From assembly GCF_001194135.2 (NCBI RefSeq), contig NC_068985.1, forward strand, positions 43,613,888 through 43,677,887: a stretch of 64,000 nt of DNA. Reading direction: 5' to 3'. This document shows positions 24,256 to 36,822 of the stretch, piece by piece; position 1 is the first letter of the stretch; the number at the start of each line of letters is the position of its first letter. A program made the position numbers and the translations under genes. A model generated the notes under the pieces. The model was not told where the DNA came from. It saw nothing but the letters and a program-made list of their open reading frames with translations, and did no database searches. This DNA is from Octopus bimaculoides (Eukaryota).

Positions 24256-24494
24256 GGCTGAGCCACTTCTGACCACTATAAGGCCTCTTTCTTCCTGCAA
24301 ATAAACAAACAAATATATTAGTTTTTGGAATTTGAGTTAAAAAAGAAGAGAGATATGTCAATTGGAAAAATTAAATTCTGAAATAAAAGGAACGAAATAT
24401 CACTTCAATTGATTTAAAGTTGAAGTTATATAGTCAGTTGATTATGATTCTTTACAGCCACTTGGGAGAGCAGTGTGCAAATGTTTGTGCATGT

Positions 24495-24497
24495 GTG

Positions 24498-24580
<83 letters not shown>

Positions 24581-24697
24581 NNNNNNNNNNNNNNNNNNNN
24601 NNNNNNNNNNNNNNGAGATAGAGAGAGTGAGAGAGAGAGAGAGAGTGAGAGAGAGAGAGAGTGAGAGAGAGAGAGAGAGAGTGAGAGAGAGAGAGAG
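24495..24697. repeat. (AT)n/(GA)n microsatellite with assembly gap 24581-24614
   Basis: Directly visible. Confidence 0.97.
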
Positions 24698-25062
24698 AGG
24701 ACCTCGTGAGTCAGAGTGGCTGTTCTAGTGCATCACCCTTGCCATCTACTAGGGCAACATCTTTTCCATTTTGTATACCAGGACCTTGAGATGGTCTGAA
24801 TTACAATTAACAACCATAACAACAAAAGTAAATATGCAGTGATGATAACATCTGTACTATCAGTTAAAAACTGATTTCAAAGAAAGAGAGAAAAGGAACA
24901 AAAAACAAGCTAACCAACAAAAGAAAACAAGATGATAGGGATAATCAAGTAAATTTCTCATTATAATTACACGGGAAATGTCTTACCATGTCAATTAATT
25001 ATAGCAATAATATCATTATTCTCTCTCACCAGTATCATTATCAAATGTTTTTGGTATGTTTT

Positions 25063-25520
25063 TGCTCAGTACTGATATTAACTATTGTTGTAGTTTAACC
25101 CCAGTGCACCCAAGGCTAAATTTATTCTTTGTGCTCTTCTTTTTTTTTCTCTAAAATATGGGGATGAGTTAAAAGAGATTTAATTGCTAATTCTAGTAGG
25201 TTGAGGGGATGCATAGAGCAGGGGTTTTCAAACTGTGGTCCACGGACCACAGGGGTTCCGCAAGGACAAGACAGGGTGTCTGTGGACAGCAAATACTTTT
25301 TAAGGGCAATCTGATTTTATATATGTTTTTTAATCGAAATCTTTTAATTGACAATAAACCTATTTGTTAAATAAATAAATGTAAAGATATATGTTATTTT
25401 AAGCAAATATTTATGTATAAATTTCATAAGCGTTTATAAGGGGGTCCCTAAGGTAAAGCCTGAAATATAAAGGGGTCCGCAAGTCAAAAAGTTTGAAAAC
25501 CCCTGGCATAGAGGCTTCTT
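25063..25520 (+). repeat. Unclassified ~200-bp interspersed repeat (family D), split by a hAT MITE
   Basis: GTTTAACCCCAG... start and ...TT(G)CT(A)ATTCTAG(C/T)AGG...TAGAGGC end. Related copies at about 18060-18132(-), 25615-25815(-), 29620-29770(-), 35725-35810(+), 51915-52110(+) and 63535-63720(+). Confidence 0.6.
25219..25505. mobile_element. hAT (Charlie-like) MITE, 287 bp
   Basis: Perfect 16-bp TIR CAGGGGTTTTCAAACT/AGTTTGAAAACCCCTG; perfect 8-bp TSD GCATAGAG (25211-25218 and 25506-25513). Confidence 0.95.
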
Positions 25521-26069
25521 GATTAGCTCTGACATAGTAGAATAGACCACCAAACTAGTCAGTCTTTTCAATATCTTAGGTACCAACTATTTCTTTTTTT
25601 CATTTAACAAGCTAAAGGAGTCTCAACAAAGCCACTCACATTAGTTAAAAATAGTAACCAAATCTCCCTTAAATTAAAATCCCACCATCTCAAACAAGTT
25701 AAGATACATGAGAAATATAGTATTCTAGACCCTTCTTTAAAAATAGCATTGTCATGTCTGGAGTATATCTGATTATAGTTGTGCCTAATCAGGACTAATT
25801 TGGAGCTAAACAAAAACATTTTTTTAATTACCTCTGATGATTTTACTATTTTTATTTAAACAAAGTATTCCATTTATTTTCACATGATTAAAAATGGTGA
25901 ATATTTAGCAACAATAATTGAAAAATTGGTTAGGATTGTTGAGAGGAAGAGCATTTAGTCATAGAATCCTGCCTTAAATATATTTCTGTTCCAATCATAA
26001 CTAACATGAAAAAACAGACATTAAAGAAAAGAATGAATAATTGTTTCTAAACTTGTTCAAGACATGGTG

Positions 26070-26402
26070 ACAAGGTGAGAAATTTGTGGGGAGCAATTAG
26101 TTAATTTGATGCCAATAGTTGATTGGTATTTTATTTTATCAACCCCTGAAAGATGTAAAATAAAGTTAACCTGGTGTGATCTGAACTCAGAATGTAATGA
26201 AACAGAATATATTTTGTTTCATGCTGTTACTATTCTGCCAATCCACCATCTAAAACAGTAATAATTATTTCAAATATTGGCATAATGCTGGAAATCTGTG
26301 GGTGGAGTGGGAGGAGCAGTTAATTATGTTGACCCCCAGTACTTTATTTTATTGACTTTGGAAGGATGAAAGGCAAAAATGACCTCAGTAGGATTTGAAT
26401 GC

Positions 26403-26435
<33 letters not shown>

Positions 26436-27468
26436 CAGAAAGACTTTTTTTATACTTTAAAAATAGAAAGACACTTTTTTTTTTATTAAAGGTTCTGCTA
26501 TTCTACCATCTTAACTCTTATAATAATTGTTATTTCTAATTTAGGCACAAGGCCAGTAATTTTGAAGGTGAGGTATTTAGTCAATTTCATTGACCCAGAG
26601 TTTGCTTGGTAGCTTATGCTATCAATCCAGGAGGGATGGAATGACAAGCAAAGTTAACTTCAGTAAGATTTATTAACCCTTTAGTATTTAAACCAGCTAC
26701 ATCCGGCCCAAATATCTTACTTGTTTTATGTTCAAACTGGTCTGAGCTGTCCTCTTACACCTAACCTACAATGTCAATCTGAAAATAAACAATTACACCA
26801 CCAAAATCTCAAAGCCACAAAATAATGTATGGTTAATTCAAAATAGTGTGAATAGATAAGCATTACATTTGACAGAGTAATCTGAATACTAAAGGATTAA
26901 GTACTGAGGTTGATGTAATCAACTTGTCCCCTCCCCTCGACATTACTGGTCTTGTGCCACTATCATTACTATTGTGGAGATCCAGGAGAAATGTTCTCTC
27001 GGATAATAATAATAATTATCCTTTCTACTAAAGGCACAAGGCCTGAAAATTTTGGGGCGGGGTCTAGTCGATTACATTGACCCCAGTGTTTCACTAGTAC
27101 TTAATTTATTGACCCTGAAAGGATGAAAGGCAAAGTTGGCTTCGGAGGGATTTGAACTCAGAATGTAGCAGCAGATGAAATACTGCTAAGCATGTAGCCA
27201 AGTGTGCTAACAATTCTGCTAGCTCGCCTAAGGTAATAACAACAACAACAACAACAACCATTCTTATAACTATAGACATAAGGCCTGAAATTCAGAGTGG
27301 GGGAAAGTCGATTACATTGACTGCAATTCTTGACTGATACTTATTTTATCAATCCCAAAAAGATGAAGGAGAAAGTCAACCTTGGTAGAATTTGAACTCA
27401 GAATGTAAAGACATGAAATTCCACAAAGCATTTTGTCCAGCATGCCAACAATACTCCAGTTCACTGCC

Positions 27469-27508
<40 letters not shown>

Positions 27509-27765
27509 TAATAATAATAATAATAAAAAGAATAGTAATTATTATTAAAGTAGCAAGCTATCAGAATCATTAGCATACCAGATAACATGCTTAGTGGCTT
27601 TCTTCTGGGTCTTTATGGTTTAAGTTCAAATTCCATCAGAGTCAACTTTGCTTTTCATCCTTTCAGGGTCAATAAAAATAAGTACCAGTCAAGCATTGAC
27701 GATGATGTAATCAACTTACCCCAGCCTAAAATTGCTGGTCTTGTGCCAGAATTTGAAACCATTAT
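26070..27765. mobile_element. Cluster of about 7 family B SINE copies/fragments separated by (AAT)n/(AAC)n
   Basis: Minus copies at about 26070-26230, 26270-26400, 26530-26670, 27017-27231 and 27260-27471; plus fragments at 26901-26960 and 27546-27765. Confidence 0.8.
26677..26896. mobile_element. piggyBac-type MITE, 220 bp
   Basis: TTAA|CCCTTTAGTATT ... AATACTAAAGGA|TTAA: TTAA TSD and CCC-type terminus with one mismatch at the right end. Confidence 0.8.
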
Positions 27766-28418
27766 TGTTATTATTTCATTTATCCTGACCTTTTAGCAAC
27801 ACCCAAATTCATAGCATGTTGTAGTAAGTAACTACCATCAGCTATGAAAATTAAAAAAATTATTTCTGAAGTTAGAAAATAACTTACACAAAAAAAACAA
27901 AAAAAAAACAAAACATTACAAATATTATAAACGATAACATATAGTATACATTTATCAAATTTGGATAAGATCATATTTCATGGGGAGGCATGAATACTGA
28001 CATTTCAAGGAAAGTCCTTTGTCACAGAGAAAATAGCAAACTAAATTAGATTTTGTGAAACAAGAAGAATAAAACTAAATACTATGAACCATATTGTTGT
28101 CTAGCAATGTACAACTGAATTGACCATATTCAATAACAACTCAAAAACAGTTCAGAAGTATTAAGATCATACAATTTATTTTTCTTTATATATATGTTGG
28201 CTAATGAGAAGAAATATATGAACTGGCTTTAAAGAGGTAACTGAAATATTGGGTTTTATACATAAATTGTACACGACCTTTAAATATTAAGATTCTTTCC
28301 TTCTTTTTATTGCTTAGTTGTTGCAATATTTATGGAAAACCTAAACCACTAAATGACATTAATTTGCAAACTGTTTACTTATTACTATTTAATCTTTTCA
28401 TTTTTATCTAGACATGGA

Positions 28419-28488
<70 letters not shown>

Positions 28489-30421
28489 TCTCATACACAG
28501 TACAACAGAATTTTTGAAGGATTATTTAGAAATAATGTTTCAATGTGTTATATTTTTTTTAGAGTAAACTACCATGTTGCTCCTAATTTAGTGTTAAATC
28601 TTGGTACTAATTTTTTTCCCTTCATAATTTTAGCTTTGCCCCATGTAGAAGTTATACCTCAGTATTTTCAGTTAAAATCAAATATAAAATAGTGTGACTT
28701 ATACACATGTAAATATGCTAAATGTTAGCAAGAAGAAAGTAATTAGCATTAAGATAACAGTGGGAGCCGATATATACAAGCAGTTAATAAATAGGCAAAA
28801 GTAATACTGTAAATGTTTATTATCAATATTTAAGTATATCTGCAGATTGGAGATGGTTCATATAGAAGAATGATAGTATAAACTGCATTAATGCAGGAGT
28901 ACAGAGATTATATTTTCCTAATATGATAGGAATATAGGAAATAAGAAAGCAACATTTCGTTGTAGGTAACATATTGCCATGAACCTTTGTTTTTTGTGTT
29001 TAGTCTCTCTTAAAAATCAACTGAGACTGATAAAAAAATTCAATATATTAAAAATAATCAAATAAAGAATAAAAGAACTTTCTGGGCCAATTATTTACAA
29101 AAAAAAACAAAAAAAACAAAACAAAAAACAAAACAATTAATACTTGAATATACACTGGATATTATTAATTTAGAAAAAAATATGATTGAGTTATTTATTC
29201 TAAAAGTTTGTTGTAAAAATGAGAAAATATTGTTTTAGAAATAAAAAGAAAAGATTCTCATCTCATAGTTTGATTCTCATCTCACAGTTATAAAAAACTA
29301 GTTTGACATTGTTCTAGTGATATAATCAGCAACAGATGTTTTCCCCAAATCGCATCAAGAAGCTAAAGTCATTATATGAAGTATAATGCTTCATATTAGT
29401 CTTTTATTGTGACTGTCCAATATAAAAAGGTCTATCATGATAATGACAGTTTAAACATTTTTCAAGACTGCATTGTCATTTTATACAACCATGATAAAAT
29501 TATACTAATTACTTTATAATCTATTATTGCAATAACTGTATGTATATTAGTTATTGCTAACTTTTTTATATCTTAAGCCATCTGACTAGACTTATCCGAT
29601 ATTATTTTTATTCCATATATCATGAAGGAGCTTCTAAGTATAGCAACCAAATCTCCCTCAAACCATATGCCACTATTTTCAAAGTATTATACTTTAAATG
29701 AAGATGGGATGGCTACAGTTTGAAGACCTCTGATCACAGGTCTGCTCACTGACTTAAACAGCAACATAATATAAAATAATGAATGACCTAATTATTTTGT
29801 TTTGAAATGGTTATGCTATTCATATCTTATAAAAAAAGAAAAACAATTCTAAATATTCTAGACTTATGAATAAATAAAGTTTAAATACAACATAAATTAG
29901 AATTGTAAAATAAAATTTTTCACTCAGATAAAGAAGGAATCAATGAGTTTATTTACCGTCATCGCCCTTTAAAAGATAAACACTAATTTTAAATGTATAT
30001 TGTTGGTATTTTATTGATCCTTGAGAGATAGAATGAAGCATTAGTTGCCACCAAATTTCAACTCAGAGGTGAGAAGAATAAAACTAAATACACTAAACTA
30101 CAATGTCTCACAATGTACTACCAAATTAGCCATGCTTGGTAACAACTCTAAAATAGTTTAAAATGTATTCATCTCATACAGTTTATCTTTATACATATGT
30201 TGGTTAATGCGTGGAAAGCTTTCTTCTGTTGTAAGAACATTTACTGTAGTCACAAATTTTATTCCAATATAGTGGACAGAAGAATCACAAGATTTTTGTG
30301 AGGAAAATATTTGCAGTTTTTGTTGGCTTAATTATCCATAAGCTACTTTAAGATATTGAATATTTTTTCTAACATGCTAACAAGTGTGTATGTGTGTATG
30401 TGCATATACATACATATGTAT

Positions 30422-30456
<35 letters not shown>

Positions 30457-30599
30457 CACATACACATGAGTTTGAAAGTGTATGTGTGTGTTTGTAATTT
30501 TAAATAATGATGCATATTTTGGAATAAACTTTAACTAATTGCATGTAAAATACCATTTTGAAGCACAAATTTTGGCTAGATGATTTATGCTTATGGTTT

Positions 30600-30945
30600 T
30601 CTTCCCACTGTTTATTCTTGTTTGAGTTCAAAAAGAAAAATGCAAATTAGTGGAAATTGTTCACTATACCAATCAAGCAATTTGCTCAGGGAACTGTCAA
30701 CAAATGTAAAACTTAACTTTCCTTCCCAAAATTTTGTGGTAGAGATAAGAATCTTGGAGCTGAGGAAGATCACAAAGAACCTTCTGCAATTAACTACCAA
30801 TTGAGAGTTATTATTGAAGTTGGCTCACACAAAATAATTTAGGAGGTTGCAGAACTAAATGTTCACCACTCAACACTTGTTTAACATTTGCACCACACTG
30901 GAAAGTGAGAAGAGTTTGATAAATAGGTGCTGGATACTGATTTAT
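30600..30945 (+). mobile_element. Mariner transposase N-terminal relic
   Basis: Across frameshifts: LFEFK...NQAICSGTVN...FCGRDKNLGAEE...LRVIIEV...LNVHHST...HLHHTGK..KSLDK, the SETMAR/Mos1-like HTH region up to the WVPH motif. Confidence 0.75.
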
Positions 30946-31309
30946 TTATTATTATTTTTTTCTTGGTGTAAAGTACTCAATTATGCACACATTGGAAGTA
31001 TCAGAGAATCTAGTAATTATTAGTTTCATACCATGGTTTGACAATATTGGCTTCATTAGCCGTTATGAAAATCTGCTCCAGATCACTGTGACCAAATATC
31101 TGAACGTTAGAAACATTAGAGTGAAACCAAAGTATGAAAATAACAACAGGTACTAAACATATATGCAATAATCTATGTGACCCACCTACCACACAGAGTA
31201 AAACTATCTCAAAATAAAAAGAATTAATGTAGAGAAAAGGAGAGATTTTAAACTTGTAGAGGACATTCTCTCTTTTGGCAGTGGTACAATAAAATGTACC
31301 TAGTCCTTA

Positions 31310-31458
31310 ATGTAAAGTGGTTGGTTATAGGAAAGGCATCCAGTTGTAAAAGTTACCCTGTATTTTATGTTGCTCTGTGTGTGCCAGATGACAAGGGACT
31401 GTAACAAGTGACAAGAGGCTTTGACCCATCCAATTCATGCTAGCATGTTAATATGAAC

Positions 31459-31490
<32 letters not shown>
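31310..31490 (+). mobile_element. Family C tail, degenerate, ending in (GAT)n
   Basis: GTGGTTGGTTATAGGAAAGGCATCCAGTTGTAAAA...CATGCTAGCATG...(GAT)n. Confidence 0.7.
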
Positions 31491-31491
<1 letters not shown>

Positions 31492-32251
31492 TATGTGTGT
31501 ATGTGCACTTGCGTGTGTGTATGAATATCATATAGATTGTGTTTGAGTTTGTATAGATTAAGAGTTGTATTTAAAATATAAACCATTTAGAAATCTGAAT
31601 GTAAGCCTGATGATAGTGGGGATGTTATTGTTGTTGAACATACAGGTTGTTTTCATGCGTTTGTAGTTTCATGAAGATATAGTTTAAAGTGGTAGAATAA
31701 TTTGTTTACGCTATCTAGTGACAACTGTTTTATTATGAAATGCTTTAGACATTTACTCTCCACTATTATAGGAATAATTCATTTTGATTGGGAATCAACA
31801 ACATCTCAAATTGACTATAATATATGAAATCATTCATTAAAACTTATAACAGACAATTGAAATGAAGTGCCATCAAGTAAGGTACTGAAAGAATCAACAT
31901 TTTTCTAGTTTAGAGTCTAAGAATCATTACTATAATTACTAACCAATCTACCCAATTTGGAAATACCATAGAGAATTCAGATTATTAGAACAAGGTCAGA
32001 AATATTATTACTTGTTTATTTAACATAAATTAGATAAAATATTTGAACGAATTACTTAATATTTACTTTTAAACATCTGAGATGAATTGTTATTGCAATT
32101 GTAATTTTCTAACCCAATTAACCTCATATTTGAGCATATATTGCATAATATATATATACAGCATTTTTATTTACAATGCATATATCTTCACTAGTTCAAA
32201 AAGACAAGACTCAATGTTGATTGAAACAAAGATTGTATGTGTGTGTAAGCA

Positions 32252-32283
<32 letters not shown>

Positions 32284-32284
<1 letters not shown>

Positions 32285-32800
32285 CATCATCATCATCATC
32301 ATCATCATTTAACGTCCGCTTTCCATGCTATCATGGGTTGGACGATTTGACTGAGGACTGGTGAAACCGGATGGCAACACCAGGCTCCAATCTAATTTGG
32401 CAGAGTTTCTACAGCTGGATGCCCTTCCTAACGCCAACCACTCAGAGAGTGTAGTAGGTAATTTTACGTGTCACCCGCATGAGGGCCAGTCAGGCGGTAC
32501 TGGCAACGGCCACGCTCAAAATGGTGTCTTGATTTTGGTAAATTGATTTGCTCCTTAATTAGTTGGGCTATGACCCTCTCCGTAACTTTCATAACCTGAT
32601 CTAACAGCTTGATGCCTCTGTAATTATTTGTATCTAAGGCGTCACCTTTACCTTTGTAGCAGTTGACTATGGTGCTGCTACACCAGTCATTGGGTATGAC
32701 TCCTTCGTGTATCACCTGGTTTGTAATACGGGTGACTAGGCTGTAGCCAACACTGCCAGATATTTTGAGCATCTCTGCAGTGATTCCTGATGGGCCGGAT
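32284..32800 (-). mobile_element. RTE LINE fragment: RT N-terminal piece fused directly to the 3' tail
   Basis: GPSGITAEMLK...EGVIPNDWCSSTIVNCYKGKGDALDTNNYRGIKLLDQVMKVTERVIAQLIKEQINL, followed immediately by the family C tail (32284-32525). Confidence 0.9.
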
Positions 32801-32809
32801 ATATATATA

Positions 32810-33677
32810 GGGTCATCCCATAAATAATGCAGTTTCTTTTATACTTCTTTTATTTTTCAAAATTAAGGTAAACAAAGTTCTTTTTTTTATCTAAAATATA
32901 CTCTCCTTCATTTCCTACAATGCTCTTCCATCTATCTGGTAGACTTGCAATGCCTCTCTTCCAAAATTCACTTCTGCAGTACTACTCTGACCTTGTCTAC
33001 AGAATTCCTAGTTTTTCCACCCAAATGATTTTGAAGACTGTGGAATAAATGATAATCAGATGGGGCAATGTCTGGTGAATATGGTGGGTGGGGCATCGTT
33101 TCCCATTCAAACTACTTCAGCCTTTGGAATGTCATCCTCGTTGTATGTGCCCAAGCATTATCCTGATGGAAGAACACTTTTCATCTTGAAACCAAAGATG
33201 GTCGTTTTTCTTCTAGCACTATTGTTGATGAATGGTTGAATGACCAAATCCAAGCTTTTCTGCTAGTTCTTCAACAGTTAAGATGGGATTTTGTTCCACC
33301 ATGGTTTTCAGGACATCCTCGTCGAGCTCTACAAATCTTTCAGGATGAGGCTTGTCTTCTCAACTGTAGTTTTTGGAACCACCATTGACACTGGCTTATG
33401 CTTATTGTCCGATCCCCATATATTGCATTAATATTCCTTGTGTTGTTGCCTTTATTGAACTCATAAAGCAAAATATGTTCCTTTGTCACTTCCATTATAG
33501 CAGCTTTGAAAAAATGACTGTTAAAATCAAACTGCACTCTTCAAAAAACTTGCACTAAGAATAAGGACAAGGTAAAATTACTACCTGCTTTTATGGCAAG
33601 TTGATGCAGGTAGTTTAGCCCATCTCCCTCTGACTTTTAGTTCATGCAATTGAAAAAAAACACTTTATTTATGGGAT
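32810..33677 (-). mobile_element. Internally deleted mariner
   Basis: TA|GGGTCATCCCATAAATAATGC TIR and partial opposite TIR TTATTTATGGGAT; HILLYEFNKG at the N-terminus and FEWETMPHPPYSPDIAPSDYHLFHSLQNHL near the C-terminus; the middle is missing. Confidence 0.9.
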
Positions 33678-33819
33678 ATATATATATAGACAGTTTGTCT
33701 GTTGCTAATCTGAATCTTGCCTATGGATACACAGGGTCTTCAAACAAGAGGCTGACTTGAGCACCATAAAATATCAGCTATGGTGTTGAGTACTCTTTTT
33801 TCCATCAGTCAACATGAAA

Positions 33820-33930
<111 letters not shown>

Positions 33931-36822
33931 ATATGCTTTGAAGATGCAGTGAATAGTCCTTAATTAACTATTGTCCCTTCTTACTATTTTTTTCCTGATG
34001 ACAACCTATAGTCAAAAATTAGTCACATTAACAATATTTAAGATGGATTTCCTCTTCCCAGTCTCTAGAAATGATATCATGATAATGAATCAAACTTCAG
34101 TCCTTTAATGTTTTAAGCTTCTACAGGTTCACTTTCATTCTTTGATACTCACTCTCTAATCTTATCTTTGTAAAAGATTTTAATGAGTGTAATAATCATC
34201 GGAACACATGAGTTAAGATTTGTTTTGGTAAAAATCAAGAGATGATATGAAAGATGTCTATAACTTCATTTAAAGTCTTTGAACCTTTTCAATGAATATT
34301 TGCAAAATATGTGTTCAATTAATTTGACAGTTGAGGTTGATTTGAGTTGAATAAATCACTTATGTTTTTAGAAAGCCTAAAAAATTATTAAGTAGCTTAT
34401 GTATGAATAAATAAAAAGAGTAAATAAATAGCTTAAAGTACAGATTTCTAAATAAACAATCACTTTGGAAGATCATGTAGACAGATAAAATCTGTACTTG
34501 GAATATTTATTTATCTCAATTAATGGATGAAACAGTGAACTACCAGGTTAAATGCTTTGCAAGATTCAATTTATATTTCATTGCCTGCCTCTGCCAAAAC
34601 CAATAAAATAATACAGGACATACACTGGTATTGCTTAAACCGGCCACATTTCTCCCTATAAATTTGTATCATTTGAAGCAAGTAATATATTTCTCTTTTA
34701 GAGTTTTGAATGTAACCAATAAATTTGATAAAATTACAACACAATGTTTATATTGAATCATCTAGAGTTAGAAGTAACAGCTGTGCATCTTATAAAATAT
34801 AAATAATTTAGTGTTTCTTTTCTTTGATTTGAACATTACTGAAATCTTGAGTTCTAATATACTTCCAATAATGCATAGATACAAGACTTAATTCTAGAAA
34901 CATATAGACTGAATAAATATTTTTACTTCAATTCAAATTTTGGTACAGTAATTATTGTGAGAGATACAATATGAAAGAATTAGAATATTCCAATATATAT
35001 TTGTCAATATCTTTTCAGAAAGCATACTTTTTGTCAGAGCATTAGTGCATAAAATTCTGTATCATTTACAGATATTCTAAATGTTGACAGGAAAACAATA
35101 GTCATTTCTATGTGCTAATAAAATATTTTCATTGTGTAAATAATTAAGCCACAATTTCCCTTTTGTTTTATTGTCTGTTCATTTGCATTTCATATAAAAA
35201 AATTTAGGTATGAACTTCACAGAAAGTAACAATTTTCTTTTTTTTACACAAGGGTGATTAGAATATTTTAACACTGATGACTAAATGTGTATTAGTATCA
35301 GTTACTACATCTACAAAATTAGTATATTATCTCATTTCAAATCAAGAAACATCCTAAATACAAGTGATAAAGGTTTTACAATTCATTGCTTTCATATTAG
35401 CCAACTTCTAGCAGCACTTAATCCAATAACTTAAAGAAACATCTGAACCAATTCTCCCAGATAAACCTATGGACTTGGAGCTTAAGGGAGTAGCAGAGCT
35501 TAAATCAGTAATCCACTAAATCCTATACAAAATTAATTAAAACCATATGGAATTCACTCCTTCCATGTTGAATGACACTAAAGTAGATTGACCTTGAAAT
35601 GAAATTAAATTAAAAATGCTTAATTTATTTAAACATAATTAATTTTTTCCATATTTATAGTTTTTATGCTTTAAGTGTTAGAACAGCCAGTGATGTATTT
35701 TATTTCTCTGTATGGTGCATTATGTTGCTGTTTAGCTCCATGTCAACCTTGATCAAACAAAATTATACTAAAAGCAGTTTAGCCATGGTAGCCACTGCAT
35801 CTTTTTTTTCTTTTTAAATTCAATTTTTAGGCTTGCTCTTTCTTGTTTATGATAGGTATGAAATAAGCAAGATTTAAATGTCATATTTTTGCAGATCAAT
35901 AGAGCATGTAAAAACTCTCGTATTAACTTGCCTCATTGAGATAAACATTTTTTTTTGTTGATAAAATTTAAATCAAACTTAAGAAACAGCAATGATTTAT
36001 ATTCAACGAAATAATCATTTAGTGACTATCCTAACTAACTTACCCTTTTCAATAAGAGTAATATGAAATGAGCTAATCGAATTCTTTGCAGTGTAAGATA
36101 AAATTACTAATTTAAAGCTTTAAAGGTACATCTCCAGAATATTTACTCTGGAGATATTCCTTTAAAGCAAAAATATATATATATATACTTTTTTTCGCTT
36201 TTTAGATGAATGAAATGTAAAAAATAAAATAATGTTTTAATAGTTAGAAAGGAATATGAATCTAAACGTGGAACAGTTTATCAGAGCAATAAAAATAAAA
36301 AATAAAATATAATTTTTACATTTCTAAATAAATTTCAAAATTTGCAAAAGTAAAATAGAAAATAAGAATACCCATAGAAACACATTAATTTACAAATGGG
36401 AATTTTTAAAAGTACTAACTTCTAAGTCACTTGATAATTATCATTTTTAATGTCTACAGTAGCAAATAAACCTATTCATTACCAGTTTCACTTACTTAAC
36501 TAACACTGTTTGGAAATGCTTGAATATAATATTTTCCTTCTAATGTGCAACTTTATGCCTATCAGACATACCATTATCTTTTAAGTGTCTATTATTTGTG
36601 CCAGTCTGTAATATTTTGTACCATTCCACTAATGTACAGTTCTGACATTAGATAGGTCAGTGTTAGCCATATAGTAAATGAAATACATTTTTAGAAAATC
36701 AGACATTGTTTCCTTACAAATATTACTAGATAATAATAAAATATATTTTGAAACATATATAACTTCTATTACTACACTGTTGTAGCAGTGGTTGTTATTG
36801 TTAATGATAGAAATCATTAACA

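Noticed and set aside
27790-27841. 52-nt segment with good acceptor and AAG|GTCAG donor as a coding exon
   Set aside because: The only open frame ends in phase 2, is not signal-like, and lies upstream of the ATG exon; kept only as a weak UTR candidate.
29957-29966. 10-nt AG/GT-flanked microexon candidate (GGCGATGACG)
   Set aside because: Not a multiple of 3, upstream of the start codon, and no other support.
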